A stretch of DNA of 60,814 nucleotides from a virus. Its lineage: Duplodnaviria > Heunggongvirae > Uroviricota > Caudoviricetes. Below are positions 23,204 to 32,078 of this stretch, in pieces; the stretch's first letter is position 1; every line of letters starts with the position of its first letter. The stretch lies in IMG/VR virus record IMGVR_UViG_3300037418_000950. The stretch is one strand, 5' to 3'. The notes beneath the pieces are model-generated. The model made no database searches, was not told the origin of the DNA, and worked only from the letters and a program-made list of their open reading frames with translations. The position numbers and the translations under genes were made by a program.

Positions 23204-24702
23204 TTTAATCCTACGGTATACTGTTTGTATTCGAACTTTTCTTGAATATACATGTCAATTCTTTGGCTATAGTGGTCCATGGCGTAGTTCGTCCATTTCT
23301 TCCAAGATAAATCATCCGCAATATCATAGAGCGCACAATGGGTTTTTCCGTCACTTAGACGAAGCCCGCGCCCGATAGACTGCATAATCTTGATGCGAGC
23401 CTTTGACGGGTTGGCGAAAATGATATTGTCAATATTCGGGATGTTCACCCCTTCACTAAAGACACCAGTGCTGGCCAGAATAATTGATTGGTCGCCCTGT
23501 ATAATGAGTTGTCGTATTTCCTCACGTATATCATCCTCTACCTTTCCATACACCAAATGCACAGGCTGATTGCCAGCCTTCGCCTTGATAGCTTCGTGTA
23601 GAGGTAGTCCATGGTCTTCAACTCGGGTAAAGAGTATTAGCGTATTACCCTTGAGACTGAGGGCCAGATTCTTGATGAAGTTATTTCGAGCCTTATAGGC
23701 CAGAATGAACTTCACTTCGTCCTGATAGTCGAACTGTGAAGGAACCTTTTGACCATTCACCTTCTTGGGGTTCTTGGCCTTGTATGCCTTCTCACGAATT
23801 TCATCGGGATAGGATAGAACAAGACAGTGAATCCGTAGAGGTGAGATATGTCCTGCATCCATCAATTCACGAGTCGTGGTGATCTTGTGAATATCACTGA
23901 ACAAGCCCCGTAGAACCATTTCGTTGGTTAGACTGTCATCAAGCGTGCCAGTGAAGCCAACCTTGTATTTAGTTTTCTTAGCGTTGTTCATAATCTTCTT
24001 GAGACTGTCAGCCTTGAAGCCGTGAGCTTCGTCGCCAACCAATAGCTCAAACTGATTGAACCAGTTCGCAGGTTGATTGGTGATAGACTGATAGGTCGTG
24101 ATCGTGAATCGCTTATCCACATCCTTGGTCAGGCCGCCCTTGATCATCTGGAGGTGATTTTCGACAGTATGACTGAGGTCATAGTCGATAAAGTCCTTAT
24201 ACATCTGCGTAACCAAATTGATACGCGGACAAATGATCAACGTCTTACCAGGATAGTAATGGGCCAGCAAATAGATGATGAAAGATTTACCCGACGCCGT
24301 GGGGCTGAGGTAGATGCCGCGCTTATAACGGATGGCCTTGCATAGCGCTTCCACCTGATAGTCGCGAGGTTCGAACTTCAGCGGTCCGAGTGACTTGATG
24401 AAATCCCAGGTTTCCTCAATCGAGAATGACACTTCATCGAAGCATCGTTCTTGTTTGAATGTGTACTTGTTGTCCCGAGCGAAACGCTTGAGTTGGGTAA
24501 GAAGCCCGACGTAGAGCTTGTGGTTGACAGGATTGAATAGACGTATCTTACCATCCCAACCCCCAAACTTGTAGGCGGGCATGTATTGATAGCCTTGCAC
24601 AGTGAACGTGAAATGGTTGGCCAGTTCTTTAGCAATTCCTTCATCACAAACGACGCGCATGTAGACTTCATCGATGTGTCGTACTTCAATATCACTGGCC
24701 AT
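23200..24702 (-). CDS. uvsW: UvsW SF2 DNA helicase
   Basis: PRDYQ, SPTASGKS, VGDEAH, GFTGT, VFSEGVNIP, QSIGRGLR. Confidence 0.95.
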   Translation of the reverse strand: MASDIEVRHIDEVYMRVVCDEGIAKELANHFTFTVQGYQYMPAYKFGGWDGKIRLFNPVNHKLYVGLLTQLKRFARDNKYTFKQERCFDEVSFSIEETWDFIKSLGPLKFEPRDYQVEALCKAIRYKRGIYLSPTASGKSFIIYLLAHYYPGKTLIICPRINLVTQMYKDFIDYDLSHTVENHLQMIKGGLTKDVDKRFTITTYQSITNQPANWFNQFELLVGDEAHGFKADSLKKIMNNAKKTKYKVGFTGTLDDSLTNEMVLRGLFSDIHKITTTRELMDAGHISPLRIHCLVLSYPDEIREKAYKAKNPKKVNGQKVPSQFDYQDEVKFILAYKARNNFIKNLALSLKGNTLILFTRVEDHGLPLHEAIKAKAGNQPVHLVYGKVEDDIREEIRQLIIQGDQSIILASTGVFSEGVNIPNIDNIIFANPSKARIKIMQSIGRGLRLSDGKTHCALYDIADDLSWKKWTNYAMDHYSQRIDMYIQEKFEYKQYTVGLK

Positions 24703-25129
24703 TCTGGAATTTCATAAACTCAATTGCGTTTTTGATTTGATAGCCGCGAATACTGATTTGTCCGATGATGGATTTGAGGAATTCGAGCTTTTCCTTGCTC
24801 ATACCGATCTTGAGGGTCAGTGCAACCAAATCGGAATCGGCGGCGACATAAGGTTCAACGGTCCTATCGTTCATACGTGCGCCGCACTCGGGTAGTTTCC
24901 AACCTTTGGCGCGCGTCTCGGCCGTCTCGCCGTAGCGATAGAACTCAAACTTCTGGACCTTCAGGCTGTCGTATTGGGCTTGAAGTTTGTTGTGTATTAA
25001 TTTTTCGTTGATGTAGATTTTGTAGTATTTGCCATGGAGCATCGCAATATTCAAAGACTCAACCGCAAGGTTAGCAATGTCTATCTTTGAATCGGCTTCC
25101 CATAGCTCAAATATTTCCGTGAATTGCAA
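24692..25129 (-). CDS. uvsY: Recombination mediator UvsY
   Basis: LHGKYYKIY...YVAADSDL...RGYQIKNAIEFMKFQNG. Confidence 0.9.
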   Translation of the reverse strand: MQFTEIFELWEADSKIDIANLAVESLNIAMLHGKYYKIYINEKLIHNKLQAQYDSLKVQKFEFYRYGETAETRAKGWKLPECGARMNDRTVEPYVAADSDLVALTLKIGMSKEKLEFLKSIIGQISIRGYQIKNAIEFMKFQNGQ

Positions 25130-25131
25130 GT

Positions 25132-25161
25132 AAGGACTCCTAATTAAGTCCTTGTATTATA
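25132..25161 (-). promoter_or_regulatory. Extended -10 promoter plus RBS-sequestering hairpin for uvsY
   Basis: TGTTATAAT then AAGGACT-TAATTAGG-AGTCCTT covering the AGGAG SD. Confidence 0.55.
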
Positions 25162-25167
25162 ACACAA

Positions 25168-25692
25168 TTACGGTTGAGGTAAAACAGAAATTGAGTATTT
25201 TTGGAACTTAAATGTAGCAGAACTCATGACTTCGGTGACACTTTCATCGGTCGTCATAAGATTAAATCCCCCGATTGCTATCGGGAAGGCATCCTTAAAC
25301 AAGACTTCGATGTTCGGATTCTTGATGTTGGTAGTAATGATCAATGAAATATCAGTATAGAGACCAGAGCCGATAGGCTGCCCTTTAAGGTCTTTGTATT
25401 GCGAATAGTCGTCGGGATAGCCGAGCCCCTGAACCCAATTGTATAGCTCGATATAGTTCTTTAGGTCTTCGTCTACCTTGAATTGGAATTGAAGGTCATC
25501 ATAGACGATATGGTCGCCTGGAACAGGGATATTGATAAACGGATTGGGTTGGGCGGCAGGCGGCAATTGCAAGGCAGGCACGTTGATCTGTTGGGTAAAG
25601 AACGTGACCGTAGGTAGCTTCTTAATCTGAATTAGGAAGCCATCGGGTTGCAGGTAATTGATATTGAGTGGGGTGCGGTCTAAGGCAGTCAT
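25168..25692 (-). CDS. 3: Tail tube terminator / tail completion protein gp3
   Basis: NYLQPDGF...TFFTQQINVP...YDDLQFQFKVDEDLKNYIELYNW...AFPIAIGG. Confidence 0.88.
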   Translation of the reverse strand: MTALDRTPLNINYLQPDGFLIQIKKLPTVTFFTQQINVPALQLPPAAQPNPFINIPVPGDHIVYDDLQFQFKVDEDLKNYIELYNWVQGLGYPDDYSQYKDLKGQPIGSGLYTDISLIITTNIKNPNIEVLFKDAFPIAIGGFNLMTTDESVTEVMSSATFKFQKYSISVLPQP

Positions 25693-25702
25693 TAGGTCTT
25701 AA

Positions 25703-26143
25703 TCATTGGTTGGGCGATAACTTCTTCTTGATTAGAGTTTTGAGATTTTCGCAACGATTGTCGGGAATCCCCGTCGCACAAATTGCGTCAATGTCTTTAG
25801 TCGTTAGGTTCGGCATTGCCCAGAAGGCATAGGTGTCAGCCCCAACTTCGCTTCCGATGTGGTGAGCATGACCGCATTCGTGTTGGAAAATGAACTTCTG
25901 AACGGTCGCGGAATACTTGGCAAAGTAGGCAGCATCGATCCAGATTTGTCCAGTGGATGAATCAGTCATGGCATTATCGACAGTATCACCACTCGCCAGC
26001 TTGTGCTTGTGTTTGAAGATCGTCAGCTTGGTCATCATATTACACGTTCCAAGGTTATCTTTCCCGATAAACTTAGCATCTGCGGAACCTGCAAACATCA
26101 AAGCAATCATAACAAGGAAGAAGATTGCGAGTAGAATACGCAT
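25703..26143 (-). CDS. Signal-peptide-bearing HExxH metallopeptidase-like protein
   Basis: Hydrophobic N-terminus ending SADA; FIFQHECGH...EVGADTYA. Confidence 0.55.
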   Translation of the reverse strand: MRILLAIFFLVMIALMFAGSADAKFIGKDNLGTCNMMTKLTIFKHKHKLASGDTVDNAMTDSSTGQIWIDAAYFAKYSATVQKFIFQHECGHAHHIGSEVGADTYAFWAMPNLTTKDIDAICATGIPDNRCENLKTLIKKKLSPNQ

Positions 26144-26169
26144 TGAAATCCCCGAAAGTTGTTATGAGG

Positions 26170-26176
26170 TATTTAG
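26170..26176 (-). promoter_or_regulatory. Late promoter variant CTAAATA
   Basis: Immediately after gp23 terminator. Confidence 0.6.
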
Positions 26177-26178
26177 CC

Positions 26179-26214
26179 AAAAAAATACCTCAGAGTTTCC
26201 CCTGAGGTATTTTT
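26179..26214 (-). terminator. Rho-independent terminator after gp23 (bidirectional form)
   Basis: aaaaatacctcag-agtttccc-ctgaggtattttt. Confidence 0.88.
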
Positions 26215-26236
26215 GAAAAAGGACTGAGAAGTCCGA

Positions 26237-27622
26237 TTACATGATATTTTTTACGATAGTTCTACGGTAGAACACGTTGCTGTCTTTAAGGATCGAACCT
26301 TGGTTCGCGGCCGAAAGACCCTGAGCAAACGGGTTAGACGCCATACCGTAACGAGTCATGTAGCCGATCTTCGGATGGAATGATCCTGGATCAACGGCAG
26401 TGAAGCGTTGCAGCGGAACATACGGGCAATAGAACAGACCAGCGTCATAAGGAGTTGCGCCCTTATAACCTACTGTGAAGTAGTTGAGGCCAGGAGTGCC
26501 CGCGAGAATAGCATCAGCATACGGGTCGATATAGACCTTGATCTTGCCGTTCAGGACGCCGACGAAGGTGTTACCTGTGTCGTCAACTTCACCAGAAACG
26601 GTATTCAATGCAGGGGCGTAGTCGAGGACGCCAGCGGCTTGTAGGCACGATGCGATATCTGATGAACAGATAAGGATGTTGCCCTTGCCACGACGGGTTT
26701 CCTTGGCGACACGGTTGCATTCGCGGTCAAGGTGGAACCAAAGACCCTTGAACTTTTCAACCGACCAACGACCGTTAGAGTCGGTGTCGAGGTCGAAGAA
26801 GCCTGCGGTTGTGACGTTTTCTTGAGAACCTTGCTTCGCAGTGAAGTTGATCGTGCGAACAATTTCACGGTTGATTTCAGCAAGAAGTTCCTGAGTGATG
26901 ATCGAGCTAAGTTCTTGATCAGCGTCCAGACCATGGACGGCCTTCAAGTCTTGCGCGATTTGGATAGTGTAGTCGCCCTTTAGGTTACGTTCCTTCGCCA
27001 ACACTTGGTTGCGAGTGATCGTGAACGACATTTCAGGCCATGCAGTATTGCCATCCGTGCCCAAGGCTTCGCCCTGTGCCGTAGACATACCAGAGCCGTA
27101 GTTGTAAAGACCAACTTCGGCAATGTTAGCATCAACGCTGGAGTTACCAGGAAGATAACCAACCTGCTTTTGACCAGCAACGTTAGCGCCCGAAGTAACC
27201 GTTGACCAAGTAGTATCAACTTCATTGAAGAAAGTTTGGTTATAGGTTTGGTTGGCGTAAGTAGGACGTAGAGCGAAGACCAAGCCCGTAGGACCAGTCA
27301 TAGGCTGAACGCCGAGAACGTCATAGGCCATGAGGTTCGGAGCGGTACGACGGACCATGGAAATCATGATCGGGTCGAACGTGTCGATGCCACCAGCACC
27401 TGGGGTAGAAGATGAGCTACCCATGAAGTTCACGGGAATGCCAGCTTCGTTTAGGGTTTGGGGCGCACCAGAGGCACCAGCTTGTGCCAACTCGATTTCG
27501 CTGTTTTCCAGAAGAATGGCAGTTACCTTCTTCTTGTATGGGTCGGTGATCTTAGACTCGTTAGAGTCTTCAAGAACGGGTCCCCATTTCTTTACTAGCG
27601 CTCTAGTATCATATTGTCTCAT
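26237..27622 (-). CDS. 23: Major capsid protein gp23
   Basis: LVKKWGPVL, FDPIMISMVRR, GVQPMTGPTGLVFALR, AQDLKAVHGLDA, GLFYCPYVPLQ. Confidence 0.97.
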   Translation of the reverse strand: MRQYDTRALVKKWGPVLEDSNESKITDPYKKKVTAILLENSEIELAQAGASGAPQTLNEAGIPVNFMGSSSSTPGAGGIDTFDPIMISMVRRTAPNLMAYDVLGVQPMTGPTGLVFALRPTYANQTYNQTFFNEVDTTWSTVTSGANVAGQKQVGYLPGNSSVDANIAEVGLYNYGSGMSTAQGEALGTDGNTAWPEMSFTITRNQVLAKERNLKGDYTIQIAQDLKAVHGLDADQELSSIITQELLAEINREIVRTINFTAKQGSQENVTTAGFFDLDTDSNGRWSVEKFKGLWFHLDRECNRVAKETRRGKGNILICSSDIASCLQAAGVLDYAPALNTVSGEVDDTGNTFVGVLNGKIKVYIDPYADAILAGTPGLNYFTVGYKGATPYDAGLFYCPYVPLQRFTAVDPGSFHPKIGYMTRYGMASNPFAQGLSAANQGSILKDSNVFYRRTIVKNIM

Positions 27623-27670
27623 TTGAAAATTTAACTCCCTTATTCTTCTTTTTATTTTGGGTGTGTCAGT

Positions 27671-27677
27671 TATTTAG
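27671..27677 (-). promoter_or_regulatory. Late promoter CTAAATA for gp23
   Basis: Intergenic, upstream of GGGAG SD. Confidence 0.65.
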
Positions 27678-27690
27678 ATTCTTGATGATT

Positions 27691-28728
27691 TTACCAACCG
27701 CGACGCGTATGGCTTAGAGCATCAACATAACGTTTCATGCTAGGGGAAACCGTAGATTCTTCTTCGGCTTTCTTTTCCTCGGCAACTTGTTCTTCGGTGT
27801 ATTCAATTTCTTCCGAAATCAATTGGGTCTTGCTCTTAGGAGTAGACTTATTGAAGTGATGATTTTTGATTGTTTCGAGTTTCTTCACGAAACCATCAAG
27901 GTCACCGTCGATTTCAAAACCTTCTGTAAGGGTCTTGAATTTGTCAGCCTCAATGTCAGTCAAACCTTCAGACATGACTGTCAGAACATTACTCTTGGTA
28001 AGTTCCTCGATCTTCTTGTCCTTTTCGATGCTTTCAATCAGCGATTGATTCAAAGCGGCTTCGGTTTCATCCAACTTGTCGGCAAGCATATCGACAACTT
28101 CAACTTGATCTTCGGGGATATTGAAGTTGTGTTCGCGGAACAATTGACCGAGACCAGCAATAAAGTCTTCGGCAAGTTCGGCAGAGACTGAACGTTCGAT
28201 GGCAACGATATTATCGACTGCCCATTTCTTGACGGCATCCGAAAGGAACGTGTCTACGGTATCAATCATCGATTCGTAGATAGCTTCCAATTCTTCTTCC
28301 ATCTGTTTTTCGTATGCTTCCTGTAGCTCGGCTTCTACCAGGGCTACACGGGCATTGACGGCAGACTCCAAAAGTGTTGAAGCCTTTTCCTTGAAATCTT
28401 CGGATAGTTCTTGATTGTCGCCAAAGATGGTTGCGAGGTCTTCCTTGACTGCCGATGCAATGGCACCCTTGGCAGCCGTCGAAGCCTTGTTCTTTTCAGC
28501 GGCCCCATCGGGAACGCCTTTGCTATAGTTGCCAACCTGGGCAAGTACAGCATTCATCATTTCGACCCACTTGTTCGGATCGACGGCCGCCATGCCCTTC
28601 ATGACGACGGACATAGCATTGGTTTTTGACATACCGTCCAGGGCCGAAGTGTCAACATGCCCATTAACTGTATCTTCTTCAAGTTTTTCATCTTGAGCCT
28701 TAACAGCTTCTTTTTTCTTTACTGTCAT
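27691..28728 (-). CDS. 22: Prohead core scaffold gp22
   Basis: LSEDFKEKASTLLESAV, acidic coiled coil, MKRYVDALS end. Confidence 0.92.
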   Translation of the reverse strand: MTVKKKEAVKAQDEKLEEDTVNGHVDTSALDGMSKTNAMSVVMKGMAAVDPNKWVEMMNAVLAQVGNYSKGVPDGAAEKNKASTAAKGAIASAVKEDLATIFGDNQELSEDFKEKASTLLESAVNARVALVEAELQEAYEKQMEEELEAIYESMIDTVDTFLSDAVKKWAVDNIVAIERSVSAELAEDFIAGLGQLFREHNFNIPEDQVEVVDMLADKLDETEAALNQSLIESIEKDKKIEELTKSNVLTVMSEGLTDIEADKFKTLTEGFEIDGDLDGFVKKLETIKNHHFNKSTPKSKTQLISEEIEYTEEQVAEEKKAEEESTVSPSMKRYVDALSHTRRGW

Positions 28729-28768
28729 ATAAAAATTACTCCTAGAAGGTTTTAATTCGTGTGAAAGT

Positions 28769-28775
28769 TATTTAG
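28769..28775 (-). promoter_or_regulatory. Late promoter CTAAATA for gp22
   Basis: Intergenic heptamer. Confidence 0.6.
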
Positions 28776-28787
28776 CAAAATTCGAAT

Positions 28788-29447
28788 TTAGCTTTTGAGA
28801 CGAAGGAAATTTTCAAACAAACGCAACTTGGCTTCTTCCAATTCGCGCTTGTTCAATCTCTTGATGGTCTTCTTGGTGGACTCGGCAAGCTCAGATCGTT
28901 TCCAATCGCCTGCAACAGGATCAAAGAACCAATCAACGCCTTCCATGATGCCCGTAACGAAAGCATCGGGGGCGGACGGGTCCATAACAATGTCGGCGGC
29001 AGTAATCAGATGAAAGTCATCCTGAACTTCCTTGAGTCCTTCCTGAATGTCTTTGAGAGTTCCAAGGCCGCGTGACGACACCCCAACTTGCACGCCGCCT
29101 TCGATAAGACCACGGGCATTCATGCCTTCGTGGGTATCCAGAATAAGGGCACGTCCCATGACGTTCTTACCTTCCATTTTCAGGGAAGTGATACGATGGG
29201 AGATACGTGACCCATTGATTTTGGGGTTCGGCGGATGATCGAGTTCACCCACGGCGCGATTGGCGTTGACCATTTCTTTGAGATAGCGGCCAACTTCCTT
29301 ACTCATAGTCGCTTCGGGATAGATTCGACCGTTGCGATTGGGAATGCACTGCATGAAGACGCCTTCAATATACAGCTTCTTCTTGTGTCCTTCCTCGCCT
29401 TCTGTGATGACTTGAACGTCTTCGGATAGTTCTTGTAGTAGCTTCAT
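28788..29447 (-). CDS. 21: Prohead protease gp21
   Basis: NRNGRIYP, AVGELDHP, VGVSSRGLG, DIVMDPSAPDAFV. Confidence 0.95.
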   Translation of the reverse strand: MKLLQELSEDVQVITEGEEGHKKKLYIEGVFMQCIPNRNGRIYPEATMSKEVGRYLKEMVNANRAVGELDHPPNPKINGSRISHRITSLKMEGKNVMGRALILDTHEGMNARGLIEGGVQVGVSSRGLGTLKDIQEGLKEVQDDFHLITAADIVMDPSAPDAFVTGIMEGVDWFFDPVAGDWKRSELAESTKKTIKRLNKRELEEAKLRLFENFLRLKS

Positions 29448-29450
29448 GTG

Positions 29451-29804
29451 TTAGACAGATTCCTTACTGATATCGAGCATGATGGTGCCGCCGCCCGTAA
29501 GCGTGACGACAACATTCGCTGCTTTGTCTTGATTGAGAATCATATTATGAGCCGCGAAATCGAACGTGTAGTTGCCACCACCAATCCAAACTTGATTGGC
29601 CCCGCGTTTGACTTCCCACTGAGAACTATTGTTGACCGTTGCAATTATAATCTTGCGGATCGATGCACCTGCGACGTTCTGAGAAACGTTCGCTTGGTTG
29701 GTGAAACAAACATTACTAACTGAACTATTACCTGCGATAACAAAAGTTGTGGTCGCATTGGCCCATAGAACGGCTTCGTTGAGTGAATTTTTTAATACCG
29801 TCAT
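29451..29804 (-). CDS. Hypothetical virion-module protein
   Basis: 117-aa ORF in head operon. Confidence 0.65.
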   Translation of the reverse strand: MTVLKNSLNEAVLWANATTTFVIAGNSSVSNVCFTNQANVSQNVAGASIRKIIIATVNNSSQWEVKRGANQVWIGGGNYTFDFAAHNMILNQDKAANVVVTLTGGGTIMLDISKESV

Positions 29805-30811
29805 TACTTCTTCTTACCTTTAAGTTGACTAAGGAAGCCGCTACCAGGATTTTTGGCGCGATAGGCGGCAAAGGATTTGTTATAGGCCGCGGTTTGTTTC
29901 ACCCAATCCTGATGTTGTTGCTCGGGTGTGCGCTTGTCATCATACTTTGCGTGCCACTCAGCACTACGCGCCAGCATTGCATCACGTTTAGGATTGTGAA
30001 AATGATTATGAAAAGCATTGTCGTCATCATCCGCTTTGCGAACAGTCTTACGAGTAGTCACCTTCCGTGCTTTCTTAGGTGTGCGATCCACGTTACCGAA
30101 AAGGAAATGAGCCAACCCTTCGTTGACTAGGAATTGTGCGGCTGTCTCCAGAACAGGATCAACTGGTTCCCAATGTTCGAACAGGGTATCAACGTCTTCG
30201 GCGCGCATCTGATAATTGGCGCGCTTCAACTGGCCATTGGGCTGACGTGCCTTATACTTGCCACGCAAGCGATCAAGCGCGCGTTTTTCACCCTCAAGTC
30301 GGTCAGGAAACTTCTTGATATCGTCAAGCGAACTTTCGTGTGATGCGCCGACATAACGTGTCAGCATTTTCTTCGATAGTTCATCTAAAGATTCCACGGC
30401 TTCAAGCTGTAACTTTCCTTGTTTCGTGCGATTCTTCAATTCAGCCTTGGCTTTGGTACGAACTGTCTGCCATCCTGCTTTATGACTATCTAAATGAGGT
30501 TTATATCCATCAGCCGAATATGTGTTTGGAGGATCGCGATCAAAACGACGATAAGTATCGTCAAACCAAGCACCTTTGCGTCCAAGTTGACGTAGATTTT
30601 TGTTAGCTTTTTTAATGCGATTATTTAAATCTGTATCTCTATCTTCTTTATGCCACTTACGGGCATTAATCGCGAATTGGGCACGCTTGCGTTCAAGCGG
30701 TGAGCCCAAACGGGCAGCCGCTTTCTCCTTGGAAAGAGGAATTTTCTTTCCAGAGGCTATACCCAAATCCTTATGGAGTGCGCCCTTCTTTAGATGAAGA
30801 TGGAGTGCCAT
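29804..30811 (-). CDS. Basic putative internal head protein
   Basis: Lys/Arg-rich; carries LDELSKKMLTRYV motif shared with upstream ORF. Confidence 0.6.
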   Translation of the reverse strand: MALHLHLKKGALHKDLGIASGKKIPLSKEKAAARLGSPLERKRAQFAINARKWHKEDRDTDLNNRIKKANKNLRQLGRKGAWFDDTYRRFDRDPPNTYSADGYKPHLDSHKAGWQTVRTKAKAELKNRTKQGKLQLEAVESLDELSKKMLTRYVGASHESSLDDIKKFPDRLEGEKRALDRLRGKYKARQPNGQLKRANYQMRAEDVDTLFEHWEPVDPVLETAAQFLVNEGLAHFLFGNVDRTPKKARKVTTRKTVRKADDDDNAFHNHFHNPKRDAMLARSAEWHAKYDDKRTPEQQHQDWVKQTAAYNKSFAAYRAKNPGSGFLSQLKGKKK

Positions 30812-32046
30812 TACGCTTCTTCTGTATCGTCGTCTTCGGATTCATCATCGGGAAGATCATCGTCTTCGTCGTCATAACCTTCAACGTCGTCGTCTTCGTC
30901 GGATTCGTCTTCGTCGTCGAATTCGGGATGTTCGGTATCGTCGTCTTCGTCATCCAAATCTTCGTCGTCTTCTGGTTCCCATTCATCTTCGTCATCATCA
31001 TTCTTCGGACGGTCTTCGGTGCCAAACATCGTTTGGGCAACTTCATCCTTGATGGTGTCAACGACTTCGGCGGCCTTCGTGACCATAATGTCATTGACAG
31101 CGTTGCGAACGTCTACGGCATTACCCGCCAGCGCCCCCTGAATGAGTTGGTCATAGAGTTCACGCGAAACTTCAAACGGATTCGGCGGTGTTTCGACTTG
31201 CGGTTCGTCTTCTACAAGTGATTTAGTTTTCATAGTGTCTTCCTTTGTCAGTTTCTTTGTAGCTTTACTTATACCCGCCAAGCGCTTCGATGCCTTGAAT
31301 GAGGCATCACGAGCCCGCACAGCATAATTGTGGCGTTGAGTAGGTGATTTACTATCGGCTTCCATGCCACGATAGTATTGCGAGCCACCTGAATGATTGA
31401 CGGCAGATTTGGCTGCCTTGTTAATGTATGAACCGAGAACCTTCTTGGAAATTTCGCTGATTGGTTCAACGTCTTCTTTGGCATGTTTCATTTTACTTAC
31501 GGCTTTGTCTATATAACCAAGTCGTGAATCATTTTTCTTATCAAGCTTCGCATAAACTTTTTTCTTTTCTTCGGGAGTTGCCCCCACTACCCATTTTCGG
31601 GCTCGCGCTTCAACATCATCAGATGCTTTAGAAACATATCTTCCTAATGTTTTCTTGGAAATTTCGCTGATTGGTTCAACGTCTTCCTTCACATTCTTTT
31701 TGAGGTTATGTAGAGCTTTCACACTTACGCCTTGCAAACGCATTTGCGCGTGAGACCGTCCAGTAAGCCTATTGGAAACTTTTTTCTTATTACCAGAGTT
31801 AAAGTGTTTCACGCTATCTTTAGATGCTTTGCTATCATATGACTTGAGTGTTTTTTTCGATAATTCATCGATCTGTTCAACGTCTTCGTAATAGGTGTCA
31901 CGTTTTTTCACGCGCTTGATTTCGGCCTTGGCACTCTTGAATGCCTTGGCTTCACGACGGGATTTTTCACCGAACTTAAGAATCCGAGAGGCAAGCTCAG
32001 GATCGCTAAGTCTCATAATTGCTTTTTCTCGGTCTTTCTTATTCAT
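30811..32046 (-). CDS. Putative internal head / prohead core (gp67-like C-terminus) protein with repeats
   Basis: Three EDVExIxE(L/I)SKKxLxxYxxKA repeats; helical plus very acidic C-terminus; gp67 position after portal. Confidence 0.6.
   Translation of the reverse strand: MNKKDREKAIMRLSDPELASRILKFGEKSRREAKAFKSAKAEIKRVKKRDTYYEDVEQIDELSKKTLKSYDSKASKDSVKHFNSGNKKKVSNRLTGRSHAQMRLQGVSVKALHNLKKNVKEDVEPISEISKKTLGRYVSKASDDVEARARKWVVGATPEEKKKVYAKLDKKNDSRLGYIDKAVSKMKHAKEDVEPISEISKKVLGSYINKAAKSAVNHSGGSQYYRGMEADSKSPTQRHNYAVRARDASFKASKRLAGISKATKKLTKEDTMKTKSLVEDEPQVETPPNPFEVSRELYDQLIQGALAGNAVDVRNAVNDIMVTKAAEVVDTIKDEVAQTMFGTEDRPKNDDDEDEWEPEDDEDLDDEDDDTEHPEFDDEDESDEDDDVEGYDDEDDDLPDDESEDDDTEEA
31442..31686. 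repeat. 35-bp exact direct repeat (31442-31476 and 31652-31686)
   Basis: ttcttggaaatttcgctgattggttcaacgtcttc twice, 210 nt apart. Confidence 0.9.
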
Positions 32047-32078
32047 TGGTATCCTCTTTTGTGCCGTTTCTTTATTTA

